Shown: positions 1-11,018 of the stretch, piece after piece
Layout: each line of letters opens with the position of its first letter
How positions within the stretch are numbered: position 1 is the first letter of the stretch
Origin: Nitrospirota bacterium
Lineage (GTDB): Bacteria; Nitrospirota; Nitrospiria; SBBL01; SBBA01
Assembly: GCA_038059935.1 (NCBI GenBank)
Contig: JBBTIN010000043.1
Coordinates: 1-57,139, forward strand
Direction: 5' to 3'
Length of the DNA stretch: 57,139 nt
Translations under genes and position numbers: made by a program
The notes under the pieces: generated by a model
Databases searched by the model: none
What the model was told of the DNA's origin: nothing
The model's input: only the letters and a program-made list of their open reading frames with translations

Positions 1-137
1 CTCTACTCTAATTTAACATAGGGGAAGTGTCTCAATATCATAGGCACAGAGGGTGCTATTACTCCCCGACAAAGAAACATAACAACACCCTTCAGTCGAA
101 CCCATTCAAGTTGTCATACCGTTTCTACCGACTCATT

Positions 138-1430
138 TTACTGCAGCGCAAAATCCTCTTCATCTACAAATCGAAGCAAATCTAAAATTTTAAATCGGCC
201 GTCATGATGCCACGCCAATGGTGGCTTCTGCATTGCACCAATGGGACAGATGCGACTGACCCCTAATAATCCCAATTGGTTGAAGAGCATCTCTCTTTTT
301 TCATCCGATTCGGAAAGCGCAACGCCAACCGCTTGGAACTTTTTCCCAATCGGCGAAAGCACCGTTCCAATATCCAACAGCGTTTGAATGGGCTTGATCC
401 AAATGGTTCTCGATAACGGAGAAAATTCAAAAGTCGGATCAGGATCATAAAGCACGGTCCACTCTACCCCTCGATTTGAACCAAAAACTTTTCCCCCTTT
501 TAAGGGAACAACTCCGCGTAACTGTTGAATTGCAGATGCGGCATCATCGGAGCAAAACCCTTTTGGAAACGGCGTTTTCTGAAGCGCATCCGCAAGCCAT
601 TCTGCAAATAAAATAGGAGTGTTTTCTCCCACCGCAGGGGACGTTCCCCCCGCTTCGATATAATAAAGATGCGGGGAAAGACACCCGCGTTGATCATAAA
701 GCGTGACATCTATTGCGGCACGCTCAGCCATTTCACGAGAAACACATTCTTTTGCAATCAATCCCAGACTGACTTTACTGCCATGTACAATCAATTTTGT
801 TGGAGGGGAGATCCGCGGGGCAATTGTGGAGACGGTCTCGTCCGATCCATAGAGAATCACTTTATCTGACCGATCAAAGGCTGCTGTCATTTCGCTTCGA
901 TTCGCATTGTTCCATGAAATGATCGCAACCGATTCAGCCAGTAACGGAGAAACCGCTTGCAATCCTCGAATAAAAAATGGGGTCAGATCGGGACGCTGGG
1001 AACTGATTTTAACGAGTGATGCCGATTTGACTAAGATTGCCGTGACTAAACTCATCACCCCGATAGACGGAATATTTCCGGGTAAGATATGGGTGATCAG
1101 TTGGGGGCCAAAGGCGCGCGTCTTTCCTCGCCCCACCTTACGAGACCGAAAAGAATCTAACACCAGTGGGTCTCCCAGCTCTTCTTCCAAAAGTGCTGTC
1201 AGGGATAGGGATCGCAGGTTTTGAAAGCAATCGTCTACGGCGAATATCGCCATTTCTATTGAAGCCTCTTGGCTTAGGCATGCGATTGCCTCTTGTCGCA
1301 AGGAATGGGATGGGTTCAGAAAAATTTTCGAGACGGCGTCAATCGCTCTGATCAGTTCATGAATAGGTCTTTCATGAAGTTCTGTTTGCGTGATGCGCAA
1401 CCGATCTGCAATCTGATGAATCGCTTTCAC
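138..1430 (-). CDS. LuxC-family acyl-CoA reductase (aldehyde-dehydrogenase-like)
   Basis: 430-aa ORF. LuxC-like blocks (HILPGNIPS, VILYGSDETV) and a candidate catalytic Cys in YDQRGCLSPH. The GTG start at 1430 overlaps the rng stop codon by 1 nt. Confidence 0.7.
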   Translation of the reverse strand: MKAIHQIADRLRITQTELHERPIHELIRAIDAVSKIFLNPSHSLRQEAIACLSQEASIEMAIFAVDDCFQNLRSLSLTALLEEELGDPLVLDSFRSRKVGRGKTRAFGPQLITHILPGNIPSIGVMSLVTAILVKSASLVKISSQRPDLTPFFIRGLQAVSPLLAESVAIISWNNANRSEMTAAFDRSDKVILYGSDETVSTIAPRISPPTKLIVHGSKVSLGLIAKECVSREMAERAAIDVTLYDQRGCLSPHLYYIEAGGTSPAVGENTPILFAEWLADALQKTPFPKGFCSDDAASAIQQLRGVVPLKGGKVFGSNRGVEWTVLYDPDPTFEFSPLSRTIWIKPIQTLLDIGTVLSPIGKKFQAVGVALSESDEKREMLFNQLGLLGVSRICPIGAMQKPPLAWHHDGRFKILDLLRFVDEEDFALQ

Positions 1431-3028
1431 TACAATAAATAAATATCGTACTGTTCGATATGAAAATTGGCGTCGGCCTTCAACAAAATCTTTTTATGAA
1501 GCTCCCGCTCTAATCCCGCAATCCCGTGATGCTCTTGATCATAAAGCGTTCCAACAATCGAAGGATGCGCCGCCACAACAATCTTCTTCTCATTAACAGA
1601 CGAGTTGAGTCTTCGAATCGCTCTGAAAATTTCGTAGCAAATGGTTGTCGGAGATTTCACATATCCACGCCCCTCACAATAGGAACACTCCTCACACAAA
1701 ACGCGAAGCAGCGCCTCGCGCGTCCGCTCGCGTGACATCTCCACCAATCCCAATTCGGAAATCTTCAGAATATTGGTCTTCGCCTTATCACTCGATAAGG
1801 CATGAGAAAGGGTATGAAAAACCTGCTCCTTATGTTTCTCCTTTTTCATATCAATAAAATCAATAATGATAATGCCCCCAATGTTCCGAAGCCGAACCTG
1901 CCACGCAATCTCTTTGGCCGCCTCCATATTGGTTTTGAAAATTGTTTCCTCCAACCCCTTTTTTCCGACAAATCGGCCGGTATTAATATCAATCACCGTG
2001 AGGGCCTCCGCACGATCAATCACCAAATAACCGCCCGACTTCAGCCAGACTCGGCGATTTTTTGCCCGGACAATCTCGGCCTCAATTCCATACGCCTCAA
2101 AGATCGGTTCTGGTTTGTCCCAAAACTCCACGCGAGAAGAAAACAGCGGAAGCGACGTCCCAACAAAATCTTTGATCCGCTCATAGTCGGACTTGGAATC
2201 AATCACAAAACGATCAATCTCTTTTGTAAAAAGATCTCGCGCCGTGCGAAATACTAAGTCCAAATCGGTATGTAAAAGCGCAGGGGCCCTTGATTTTTCC
2301 CGTTTCTTCAGGGTACTTTGCCAAACCAAATCCAAAAACTCGATATCGTTCTTGACCTCGGCCTCGGTCATGCCCTCACTCACCGTCCGCACAATATAGC
2401 CTGTTCCCGGCTTTCTGAGTCGGCAAATGATTTCTTTCAGTCGGTTTCGCTCTCCCTCTCGCTCAATCCGACGGGAAATACCCAACTGATTCACCTGCGG
2501 CATATAAACCAGATACCGCCCCGGTAAAGAGATATACATCGTAATCCGTGGCCCTTTTGTTCCAATTGGCCCTTTAGAAACCTGAACAACAATCTCCTGC
2601 CCTTGATGCAGAAGTTCTTCAATGCCCTTCTGAGAGTTCTTCTTGACCCTCGGTGCGATCAACCGCTCCGACTCTTCGTGCGTCTGCGACATATCGGATT
2701 GTGCATCAGGTTCTGTCTCCTCTTCGGATTTTTCTTTTGCCTTCTCGTCCCATTCCTCTTCTAAGTCAATGGTCTCGATTTCTCCCTCTTTTGTCTCGCT
2801 TTCAGTCACGACATCAGCCACATAGAGAAACGCCGCCTTCTCCGTGCCAATATTCACAAAGGCAGCTTGCATGCCCGGCAAAACCTTCTCAACAACGCCC
2901 TTGTAAATATTACCGAGAATTCCCCGATCACGCTTCCGATCAAAATAAAGTTCCGTGAGTGTCTTATTCTCCAACAGCGCAACGCGAGTTTCTTCCGGCG
3001 TTGCATTGATTACAATTTCATTCGACAT
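1430..3028 (-). CDS. rng: ribonuclease G/E family endoribonuclease
   Basis: 532-aa ORF. N-terminal S1 domain (GNIYKGVVEKVLPGMQAAFVNIG), catalytic core blocks (GGYLVIDRAEALTVIDINTG, GGIIIIDFIDM) and a Cys pair (CEECSYCEGRG). Confidence 0.9.
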   Translation of the reverse strand: MSNEIVINATPEETRVALLENKTLTELYFDRKRDRGILGNIYKGVVEKVLPGMQAAFVNIGTEKAAFLYVADVVTESETKEGEIETIDLEEEWDEKAKEKSEEETEPDAQSDMSQTHEESERLIAPRVKKNSQKGIEELLHQGQEIVVQVSKGPIGTKGPRITMYISLPGRYLVYMPQVNQLGISRRIEREGERNRLKEIICRLRKPGTGYIVRTVSEGMTEAEVKNDIEFLDLVWQSTLKKREKSRAPALLHTDLDLVFRTARDLFTKEIDRFVIDSKSDYERIKDFVGTSLPLFSSRVEFWDKPEPIFEAYGIEAEIVRAKNRRVWLKSGGYLVIDRAEALTVIDINTGRFVGKKGLEETIFKTNMEAAKEIAWQVRLRNIGGIIIIDFIDMKKEKHKEQVFHTLSHALSSDKAKTNILKISELGLVEMSRERTREALLRVLCEECSYCEGRGYVKSPTTICYEIFRAIRRLNSSVNEKKIVVAAHPSIVGTLYDQEHHGIAGLERELHKKILLKADANFHIEQYDIYLL

Positions 3029-3075
3029 AGTTTACATCCCACCTTTCTCTAATATTCTGTCCACTTGCAAATTTG

Positions 3076-3148
3076 CCGCGACCAACGGGAGGGAGCAGGG
3101 ATAGACTGCGTAAGCAGTCGTTCTCGCCCCCGCCCGTCGGCGGGTTAG
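3076..3148 (-). repeat. REP-like extragenic palindromic element, copy A (full length)
   Basis: Read on the minus strand, it starts directly after the rodA stop. Modules in order: hairpin CCCGCC-gacg-GGCGGG (3129-3144), hairpin GACTGC-ttac-GCAGTC (3104-3119), TATCCC, then CCCGTTGGTCGCGG (3076-3089). The same modules recur at 29224-29303, 49157-49196 and 56101-56165. Confidence 0.8.
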
Positions 3149-4275
3149 TGAAACAGGACAAATCGTTTCAACTTAATATTGAGCAAAAGGCCGAGCAAGC
3201 CCAAATTGGTGACCATCGCCGATCCGCCATAACTAACGAACGGAAGCGGTACGCCAACCACAGGAAGCACAGCCAACGCCATACCCGCATTGACCAAAAA
3301 ATAAAACGAGAGAATCCCAACGATTCCCACTGCAATCAGAACGCCCAAAAGATCTTTCGCTTTGTGCGCCACATCAATCCCCCACCAACACAAAAATGCA
3401 AAAAGTGAAAACAAAACGACAATACCCATGAAGCCCCACTCTTCGGAAAAAACGGCAAAAATAAAATCAGTCGCCCGTTCTGGAAGAAATTTGAGTTGGC
3501 TCTGCGTCCCATCGCCCAACCCCTTGCCCCAGAAACCGGCTGATCCAATCGCAATCTTGGATTGAATGATGTGCCAACCCGTGCCCATTGGATCATTTGC
3601 TGGATTTAAAAACGTGATAATCCGATCTTTTTGATATTGTTTGAGTCCACCCCATAAAACCTGTCCGATAAAGGGAACAATCATCAAAGAAAGCAATAAA
3701 AAATAAATCAAAAATTTTGACCGAAAACCAATCACAAAAACAATGCTGAAAAAGATCGAAAGAATGGCCAGCGCCGTGCCTAAATCAGGCTGCTTTAAAA
3801 CCAATATCATCGGAACCAACAGTAAGGCGCAGGGAATCGCCAGTTTCTGAATGTTTAGCCCTTTGCCCGGGGGATGGTCCGAAAAGTATTTTGCCAGCAG
3901 AAGCAAGGTACTCACTTTCGTGAGTTCCGAAGGCTGGAAGTTCAGTGTTCCTATCGAAATCCACCGCTGCGCGCCATTGATTTCGCGTCCCAAAACCAAT
4001 ACAACGAGCAAAAGAAAGACCGATAAAAAATAAAGAGGATAAGCAAATCGCGCACTTTCGTGATAATCAATTGTCGCAAAAACCGTAAAAACAACCATCC
4101 CAAGTAAAATCCAAAAAAACTGTTTTAAATAAAGCGGCATATTCGAAAAAGAAGGTGGCGTGCTGGAAGTGACACTGTAAATCGTGAGCAAGCTGATTCC
4201 AAAAATTGCAAAAAGCGCGCCAAAAAAAAACCAATCAAGCAGATCAAATCGTTTTTGCGGAAGCATCGAAAGCAT
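3145..4275 (-). CDS. rodA: rod shape-determining SEDS protein RodA (FtsW/RodA/SpoVE family)
   Basis: 376-aa polytopic membrane ORF with SEDS-type blocks (QPSELTKV, DLGTAL, GWHIIQSKIAIGSAGFWGKGLG, TDFIFAVFSEEWGF). Sits directly downstream of mrdA. Confidence 0.9.
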   Translation of the reverse strand: MLSMLPQKRFDLLDWFFFGALFAIFGISLLTIYSVTSSTPPSFSNMPLYLKQFFWILLGMVVFTVFATIDYHESARFAYPLYFLSVFLLLVVLVLGREINGAQRWISIGTLNFQPSELTKVSTLLLLAKYFSDHPPGKGLNIQKLAIPCALLLVPMILVLKQPDLGTALAILSIFFSIVFVIGFRSKFLIYFLLLSLMIVPFIGQVLWGGLKQYQKDRIITFLNPANDPMGTGWHIIQSKIAIGSAGFWGKGLGDGTQSQLKFLPERATDFIFAVFSEEWGFMGIVVLFSLFAFLCWWGIDVAHKAKDLLGVLIAVGIVGILSFYFLVNAGMALAVLPVVGVPLPFVSYGGSAMVTNLGLLGLLLNIKLKRFVLFH

Positions 4276-4293
4276 CGAAATCCTATTCCTCTC

Positions 4294-6168
4294 TTAACCC
4301 TCAACCGTTACTGGATTTGCCTTGGGACTTGTTTCTGCGGGATGCGTTGGCGCGTCAGGAACCAAATAAGCCTCAATGACCTTCTTGGCAATGGGCGCCG
4401 CAGCCGATCCCCCGTGACCGCCATGCTCTACCAAAACCACAACCGCAATTTTCGGTTTCTCCAAAGGGGCGTATGAGACAAACCATGCGTGATCGTTGAT
4501 CTCTTTGGCGAGCTTCTTTTTTCGGTCATCCCCTTTTTTAATCACCACCACCTGTGCGGTTCCCGTTTTTCCAGCAAAAGGAACAAACTCCGATTTGGAT
4601 CGAAATGCCGTTCCCTGTGGGGTCTGTACCACATCAGTCAATGCACTTCTTAAGAGGCCGAGCGTCTCTTTGGAAATTTCTACGGGAGTGGCTTTCGCGG
4701 GAGGCTCGTCTTGATTGACTCCCGTCCGACGGCTTCTTACCTTCTGAATCATCTTGGGTGTGTAGAGCGTCCCATCGTTGGCCACGGCCGAGATCATCAT
4801 CCCCATCTGAAGCGGCGTCACAAGAACATACCCTTGTCCAATGGAAACAGAAAGCGTTTCCCCCGGATACCAAGGCTCTTTGAGCCGCTTTTTCTTCCAC
4901 GCCGTACTGGGAATCAGTCCCGGCTTCTCGGAGGCCAGCAAAAAGCCGGTTCGTTTTCCAAATCCAAAAAGATTGGCAAACTTTGCAATCGTATCTACCC
5001 CCATCCGATTTCCCATCTGGTAATAGTAAACATCGCAGGACTCCACGATGGAGCGGCGAAAGTCAACACTGCCATGCCCTTCTTTTTTCCAATCTCGAAA
5101 CGCGCGATTTCCAAACTGCATAAACCCATTACATCGTATTGAATAAGAAGGATCAGCCTCTTTCGTCTCCAATATGGCCGCGCCCATAATAATTTTGAAC
5201 GTGGAGCCGGGTGGATATTGGCCTTGAATAGAACGATTCATTAAAGGCCGGCTTTTATCATTTAAGAGCGGAAGGAGCGTCCGGGTGGAAATCCCTTCTG
5301 ATAGACTATTGGGATCAAACGCGGGGCGACTCACCAAAGCCAGCACCTCTCCATTGACGGGGTCTATCGCGACAACACTTCCAGCCTCCTCTCCAAGTGC
5401 CTCCTCGGCGACTTTCTGCAATTTCAAATCTAATGTTAGAAAAATATCGTCTCCCTCAACGGGTTTCTCTTCCCGAAGCACATTCAACTCTTGTCCCATA
5501 ACATTGACTTCAACCCATTTTTTCCCAGGCACCCCCCGAATGGTTGAATCATACGCCTGCTCAATGCCAGATTGACCCACCCGATCGCCTTGTCGAAATC
5601 CGCGATAACGCTCCAATTTGAGCTGGGCTTTGGAGACCTCTCCCACATAGCCGACACTATGGGCGGCCAATTTTCCATAGACCGCGTTACGCCGAAGCTC
5701 CGCCGTAATCTTGATTCCCGGAAGATCCGACGAATGTCCTTCTACTTTAGCAATCTCGGAAAGAGAAAGATTCTCTTTAATTTTGGTCAACACCAAAGGC
5801 TCTTTTTTCAAGAGCAGCTCTTTACGAATACGGTCGATGTCTTCGATCAGAATAAACGTGGAAAGACGATCCAAAACGGCCGATGGATCAGCCATATCAC
5901 CACGCACCGCGTACAAATTAAAGCTGGGGATATTATTAACAAGGGCAATCCCATGGCGGTCAAAAATAATGCCGCGTGAAGGCATCACGGATACAATTCG
6001 CATTCGGTTATTTTCTGCAAGCCCTTCAAAGTAGGCCTTCTGATTGATTTGAAGATCATAGGCACGAATCAGATAAAGAGCCAAAATAGTGATGATAAAT
6101 CCAAAAAACAAGTAGACACGCGTTTGAATTTCTGAATTCTCTTCCACGGGAAAGTAGCGTTCTTTCAT
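4294..6168 (-). CDS. mrdA: penicillin-binding protein 2 (elongasome transpeptidase)
   Basis: 624-aa ORF with an N-terminal TM segment, SxxK (PGSTFKII) and KTG (AGKTGTAQ) transpeptidase motifs. Lies between mreD and rodA. Confidence 0.92.
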   Translation of the reverse strand: MKERYFPVEENSEIQTRVYLFFGFIITILALYLIRAYDLQINQKAYFEGLAENNRMRIVSVMPSRGIIFDRHGIALVNNIPSFNLYAVRGDMADPSAVLDRLSTFILIEDIDRIRKELLLKKEPLVLTKIKENLSLSEIAKVEGHSSDLPGIKITAELRRNAVYGKLAAHSVGYVGEVSKAQLKLERYRGFRQGDRVGQSGIEQAYDSTIRGVPGKKWVEVNVMGQELNVLREEKPVEGDDIFLTLDLKLQKVAEEALGEEAGSVVAIDPVNGEVLALVSRPAFDPNSLSEGISTRTLLPLLNDKSRPLMNRSIQGQYPPGSTFKIIMGAAILETKEADPSYSIRCNGFMQFGNRAFRDWKKEGHGSVDFRRSIVESCDVYYYQMGNRMGVDTIAKFANLFGFGKRTGFLLASEKPGLIPSTAWKKKRLKEPWYPGETLSVSIGQGYVLVTPLQMGMMISAVANDGTLYTPKMIQKVRSRRTGVNQDEPPAKATPVEISKETLGLLRSALTDVVQTPQGTAFRSKSEFVPFAGKTGTAQVVVIKKGDDRKKKLAKEINDHAWFVSYAPLEKPKIAVVVLVEHGGHGGSAAAPIAKKVIEAYLVPDAPTHPAETSPKANPVTVEG

Positions 6169-6674
6169 CGGGATCCTTTAATCAGAAATTCTTCAAAATG
6201 TCGCTGTTTTAAGATCAAAAACAAAATAGCGAGTACAACAACACTGTTATAAAGACCCCTCCCCAGCATCTCATAAGAGACGTCGCTCCATGTGTCATGG
6301 GAAAACAAAGTGCCAGAAAGATCGCGTAGCAGAGACACAGCAAACATAATGACGGCATGAATATGCAATGAAAAATAAACAAAAAAAGTTTCTAGAAGTC
6401 CAGTTCCAAATCCAATCAAGCCGTTCAAAAGAAGATGGGGGCCAATTGTCCCAGTCGAAAAAAGATCTTGAAATCCGCCTAAAAGCGCACCCCAAAAAAG
6501 ACCTTGATTTTTCCCCCATCCCAATCCAATCAAGTACGCAAGGATTAAACCCATATCCGGCTTTACACCATTGATTTTAATGGCCTCTAAGATGAGCGTT
6601 TGTATCGGAACAAAGAAAATAAAAATGGAAAAAATAAAAAGGGGATAAAGCCATTTCAAAGAAACGATTTTCAT
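6165..6674 (-). CDS. mreD: rod shape-determining protein MreD
   Basis: 169-aa multi-TM ORF. Its start overlaps the mreC stop by 4 nt, and its stop overlaps the start of mrdA. Assignment rests on position in the mreBCD order. Confidence 0.75.
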   Translation of the reverse strand: MKIVSLKWLYPLFIFSIFIFFVPIQTLILEAIKINGVKPDMGLILAYLIGLGWGKNQGLFWGALLGGFQDLFSTGTIGPHLLLNGLIGFGTGLLETFFVYFSLHIHAVIMFAVSLLRDLSGTLFSHDTWSDVSYEMLGRGLYNSVVVLAILFLILKQRHFEEFLIKGSR

Positions 6675-7621
6675 TGTCGCCGCCCCTCCTGACGAACTGG
6701 TGTGGAGGTACTGATCGGGGGGCTCATCGTAGAGACGCCCACTGTCGGCAAGGTGGCGGGCAGTGTCCCCGGCGTTGAGGTGGCTTCCGGTTCCATCGTC
6801 AATACGGGTTCCGGCAATGAAACAATAAGCACTTCTTCCACTTTTGAAAAAATGACTTCGGGCGTGACGATAATATCTAAGAAAAAGCGATCTTGAAGTT
6901 TTTCCACTTTTTTAATTTTTCCGATCACAATCCCTTTAGAAAAACTGCCTTCCAATCCAGAAGTGATCAAACGGTCCCCTTCTTTCACTTCCGTGGCGCT
7001 CGGCAGATATTTAAGATGCGCTTTGCCCTCACCGAGTCCCTGAACGATCCCTTCATCGCGTGTGCGTTGGACAATGGCGGCAATGGCACTGCCTTTGTCG
7101 GTGATCAGCAAGACTTGTGCATGATGTGAAAAAACTTTAACGACCTTGCCGAGTACGCCAATCGGGGTGATTACCCCCATATCCACCTTGACGCCTTCGG
7201 CTTGGCCTTTGTTGATCATGAGTGTTTGAAACCATGGCCCGGTTTCTCGGCCAATGACCGTCGCAGCAATGAGCTGTAGGGATGAGGCGGTTTTAAACTG
7301 GAGCAGACGCTCCAACCGATTGGCCAACACCTCTTTTTCTTTCAGACGATTGATCTCGCCTTGGAGGTGTTCGATCTCTTTTTTTAACACTGGATTTTCA
7401 TCGCTTAAACCCACGAGGAAGAAATAGCGGGAAAAGAAATTGCCGATTCCAGAGGAGACAGCAAAGGTTCCTTCTTGGACAGAATAAATGACGCCAGCGA
7501 CCAAAGACTCTGTCCATTGTACAGGCTTTTTATAGATCCCAATTGCGACAAGAAAGATCACAAGTGCTGCAGCAACGGAAGCCGCGATAAGACGTTTATA
7601 GAATATTTTTTGCCGCACCAT
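6671..7621 (-). CDS. mreC: rod shape-determining protein MreC
   Basis: 316-aa ORF with an N-terminal TM segment, a coiled-coil (LKKEIEHLQGEINRLKEKE), beta-rich MreC core blocks (VITPIGVLGKV, LITSGLEGSFSKGIVIGKI) and a Pro/Thr-rich tail. Confidence 0.9.
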   Translation of the reverse strand: MVRQKIFYKRLIAASVAAALVIFLVAIGIYKKPVQWTESLVAGVIYSVQEGTFAVSSGIGNFFSRYFFLVGLSDENPVLKKEIEHLQGEINRLKEKEVLANRLERLLQFKTASSLQLIAATVIGRETGPWFQTLMINKGQAEGVKVDMGVITPIGVLGKVVKVFSHHAQVLLITDKGSAIAAIVQRTRDEGIVQGLGEGKAHLKYLPSATEVKEGDRLITSGLEGSFSKGIVIGKIKKVEKLQDRFFLDIIVTPEVIFSKVEEVLIVSLPEPVLTMEPEATSTPGTLPATLPTVGVSTMSPPISTSTPVRQEGRRQ

Positions 7622-7748
7622 TTGTTATGGCAAAGGACAGAGAGAAGCACGCCAGCACTTCTTCAAAACGATGGACAAAAACGATTTGAATTCGAACAAC
7701 CGTGCGCCACCCCTTCGTCTGAGATTGAGCTCTTCCCGCTTTACCCCT

Positions 7749-8839
<1,091 letters not shown>

Positions 8840-8847
8840 TGTACCTG

Positions 8848-9312
8848 TTATTTCGCTGTCTTTGGCCATCTTGCGCGAAGATCCAATACAAACGTTTTGG
8901 CCAATTCATCCCCCAATCGAACGGACTTCGGATTTCCGATCATAATAAAAGACTCAAATAAGACAATTCCCGCCGCGATAAACCATCCGATGAAAGGAAT
9001 GGTATAGGCCAAATAAGCAATCGCAAATGGAATATTTCGAATAATAGACTCTCGAAAAGAAATCGCTTGTTGTGCATCTTTCGAAACGACTTTTAGTCCA
9101 ATCAATCGTTTTCCAAGACTTCCTTCAAGGAAGCCATCAGAAAGCAGGAGATAAACGATTCCGATTGGAAAGCTGATATGAAGTGGGATTTCATAAAGCA
9201 GCGCAACGACAAGAAAATCTAAGAATTTTGCGATAAAACGATTCAAGAGGCCAGCTTGAAGATGTGCTGCTTCAATATTCGTATCCATTCTTTCAGTTTG
9301 CTCTATCAGCAT
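8848..9312 (-). CDS. RDD-family membrane protein
   Basis: 154-aa ORF with 3 predicted TM segments and an RDD-type block (GKRLIGLKVVSKD...SFRESIIRNIP). Confidence 0.65.
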   Translation of the reverse strand: MLIEQTERMDTNIEAAHLQAGLLNRFIAKFLDFLVVALLYEIPLHISFPIGIVYLLLSDGFLEGSLGKRLIGLKVVSKDAQQAISFRESIIRNIPFAIAYLAYTIPFIGWFIAAGIVLFESFIMIGNPKSVRLGDELAKTFVLDLRARWPKTAK

Positions 9313-9370
9313 CTAAAAAACAGCCATCTCTCCAAATACAAAAACAACATTCACAAATTAACCTAAACAT

Positions 9371-9994
9371 TTATAACATAAATCTTTCTTTTTTACCATT
9401 TTGTATAGATTTAATTTGAGAGGATGTGTAAAGCGAAATGGCCATCGGAAGCAGACGATGCTCTTCAACCAAGATTCGCGCCGTTAGAGACTGCTCTGTA
9501 TCCCCATCCAAAACGGGAACCGCGGCTTGGGAAATAATCGGACCATGATCCACGGCTTCATCTACAAAATGGACAGTGCATCCGGAAATTTTTACGCCAG
9601 CCACCAACGCTTGTCGCTGCGCATGCATTCCTGGAAAGGAGGGCAATAACGAAGGATGAATATTGATCACTTTATTTGGAAACGGGTCAAGAAGCGCCTT
9701 TGTGACAATCCGCATATAGCCCGCCAAAACGACGAACTGAACGCAATGCTCCAGTAAAACATGGACAACAGCCGTGTCATAAGATGGGCGGTCGGGGTAG
9801 GCTTTTGGATCCAGAAAAACCGTCGGGATTTGACGTATCTGTGCGCGCGCTAACGCCTCGGCATCTTTTTTATCGCTCATCACGACGCCGACTTGTACGG
9901 ATAAAGTCTTGGCGTCAATGGCATCAAAAATGGCTTGGAGATTACTGCCTCGTCCAGAGGCTATAACACCGATTACCGACATGGACTCACTCAT
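9371..9994 (-). CDS. purN: phosphoribosylglycinamide formyltransferase
   Basis: Formyltransferase blocks (VIASGRGSNLQAI, VLAGYMRI, NIHPSLLPSFPGMHA). I place the start at ATG 9994 (MSESMSV...), which overlaps the purM stop by 8 nt. The track ORF extends to 10048. Confidence 0.9.
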   Translation of the reverse strand: MSESMSVIGVIASGRGSNLQAIFDAIDAKTLSVQVGVVMSDKKDAEALARAQIRQIPTVFLDPKAYPDRPSYDTAVVHVLLEHCVQFVVLAGYMRIVTKALLDPFPNKVINIHPSLLPSFPGMHAQRQALVAGVKISGCTVHFVDEAVDHGPIISQAAVPVLDGDTEQSLTARILVEEHRLLPMAISLYTSSQIKSIQNGKKERFML

Positions 9995-11018
9995 AAACGA
10001 CACCCTTTTCCCCTTGCACGACCTCTCCAATAACAAACGCCTTCTCACGCATGCCCTTCAAAACGGAGATGGCCTTTGCGGCATCCTTGGGATCAACAAC
10101 CAACACCATCCCGATTCCCATATTAAATGTCCGAACCATCTCATCGGTGTCCACTTTGCCCTCTTTCGCCATGATTTTGAAAATTTCAGGCACGGGAAAA
10201 CAATCTTGATAAATGACGGCCGCGTGTTTTTCGGGAAGTATTCTCGGAATATTCCGCGTCATTCCCCCCCCGGTAATATGCGCGGCCCCCTTGATCTTGA
10301 TTTGTTTTGTCAAAGCCAAAAAGGTCTTTGCATAAATACGGGTGGGGGTTAACAATGTCTCTCCGATACTCTTTTTTAATCCGGAGAGCTTGTCATTCAC
10401 GGCTAATCCCATTTTTTCAAAAAAAATATTTCTGGCCAACGAATATCCATTACTATGCAATCCAGAAGACGGCAGACCAATTAAAACATCCCGGTGTCGA
10501 ATCGCATCGCCAGTAATCCGTTTCTTTTTCTCAACCACACCGACCGCGAATCCGGCAATATCGTACTCGCCCTGCGGATAACACGATGGCATCTCCGCGG
10601 TCTCTCCACCAATTAAGGAACATCCGGACTGCCTGCATCCTTTTGCAATGCCCTTCACGACGTCCACCATTTGGTTTGGGGATAATATGCCGGTCGCAAA
10701 ATAATCGAGAAAGAAAAGCGGCGTTGCCCCGGATACAATCACGTCATTCACCGACATGGCGACCAGATCAATCCCGATCGTGTCGTGCCGATTCATCATC
10801 TGCGCGATTTTTAGTTTTGTGCCGACGCCATCGGTACTGGCCACCAAAATGGGTTCTTTTATTTTTTGGGAGAGCGTGAAAAGCCCCGCATATCCGCCTA
10901 AGTCGGTTAAGACTGATTTAGAAAACGTTGCGCGAACCAGCGGTTTGATTTTGCGAACGGCCTCTTCCCCCGCCGCAATGTCCACGCCCGCGCTTTTATA
11001 TGTAGAATTTTTTGACAT
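9987..11018 (-). CDS. purM: phosphoribosylformylglycinamidine cyclo-ligase (AIR synthetase)
   Basis: 343-aa ORF with PurM blocks (YKSAGVDI, STDGVGTKLKIA, HSNGYSL, AHITGGG). Confidence 0.95.
   Translation of the reverse strand: MSKNSTYKSAGVDIAAGEEAVRKIKPLVRATFSKSVLTDLGGYAGLFTLSQKIKEPILVASTDGVGTKLKIAQMMNRHDTIGIDLVAMSVNDVIVSGATPLFFLDYFATGILSPNQMVDVVKGIAKGCRQSGCSLIGGETAEMPSCYPQGEYDIAGFAVGVVEKKKRITGDAIRHRDVLIGLPSSGLHSNGYSLARNIFFEKMGLAVNDKLSGLKKSIGETLLTPTRIYAKTFLALTKQIKIKGAAHITGGGMTRNIPRILPEKHAAVIYQDCFPVPEIFKIMAKEGKVDTDEMVRTFNMGIGMVLVVDPKDAAKAISVLKGMREKAFVIGEVVQGEKGVVYE

Noticed and set aside
1-137. The left edge of the window, downstream of the luxC-like gene
   Set aside because: There is no ORF, hairpin or repeat that I could support, and the region is too short to interpret.
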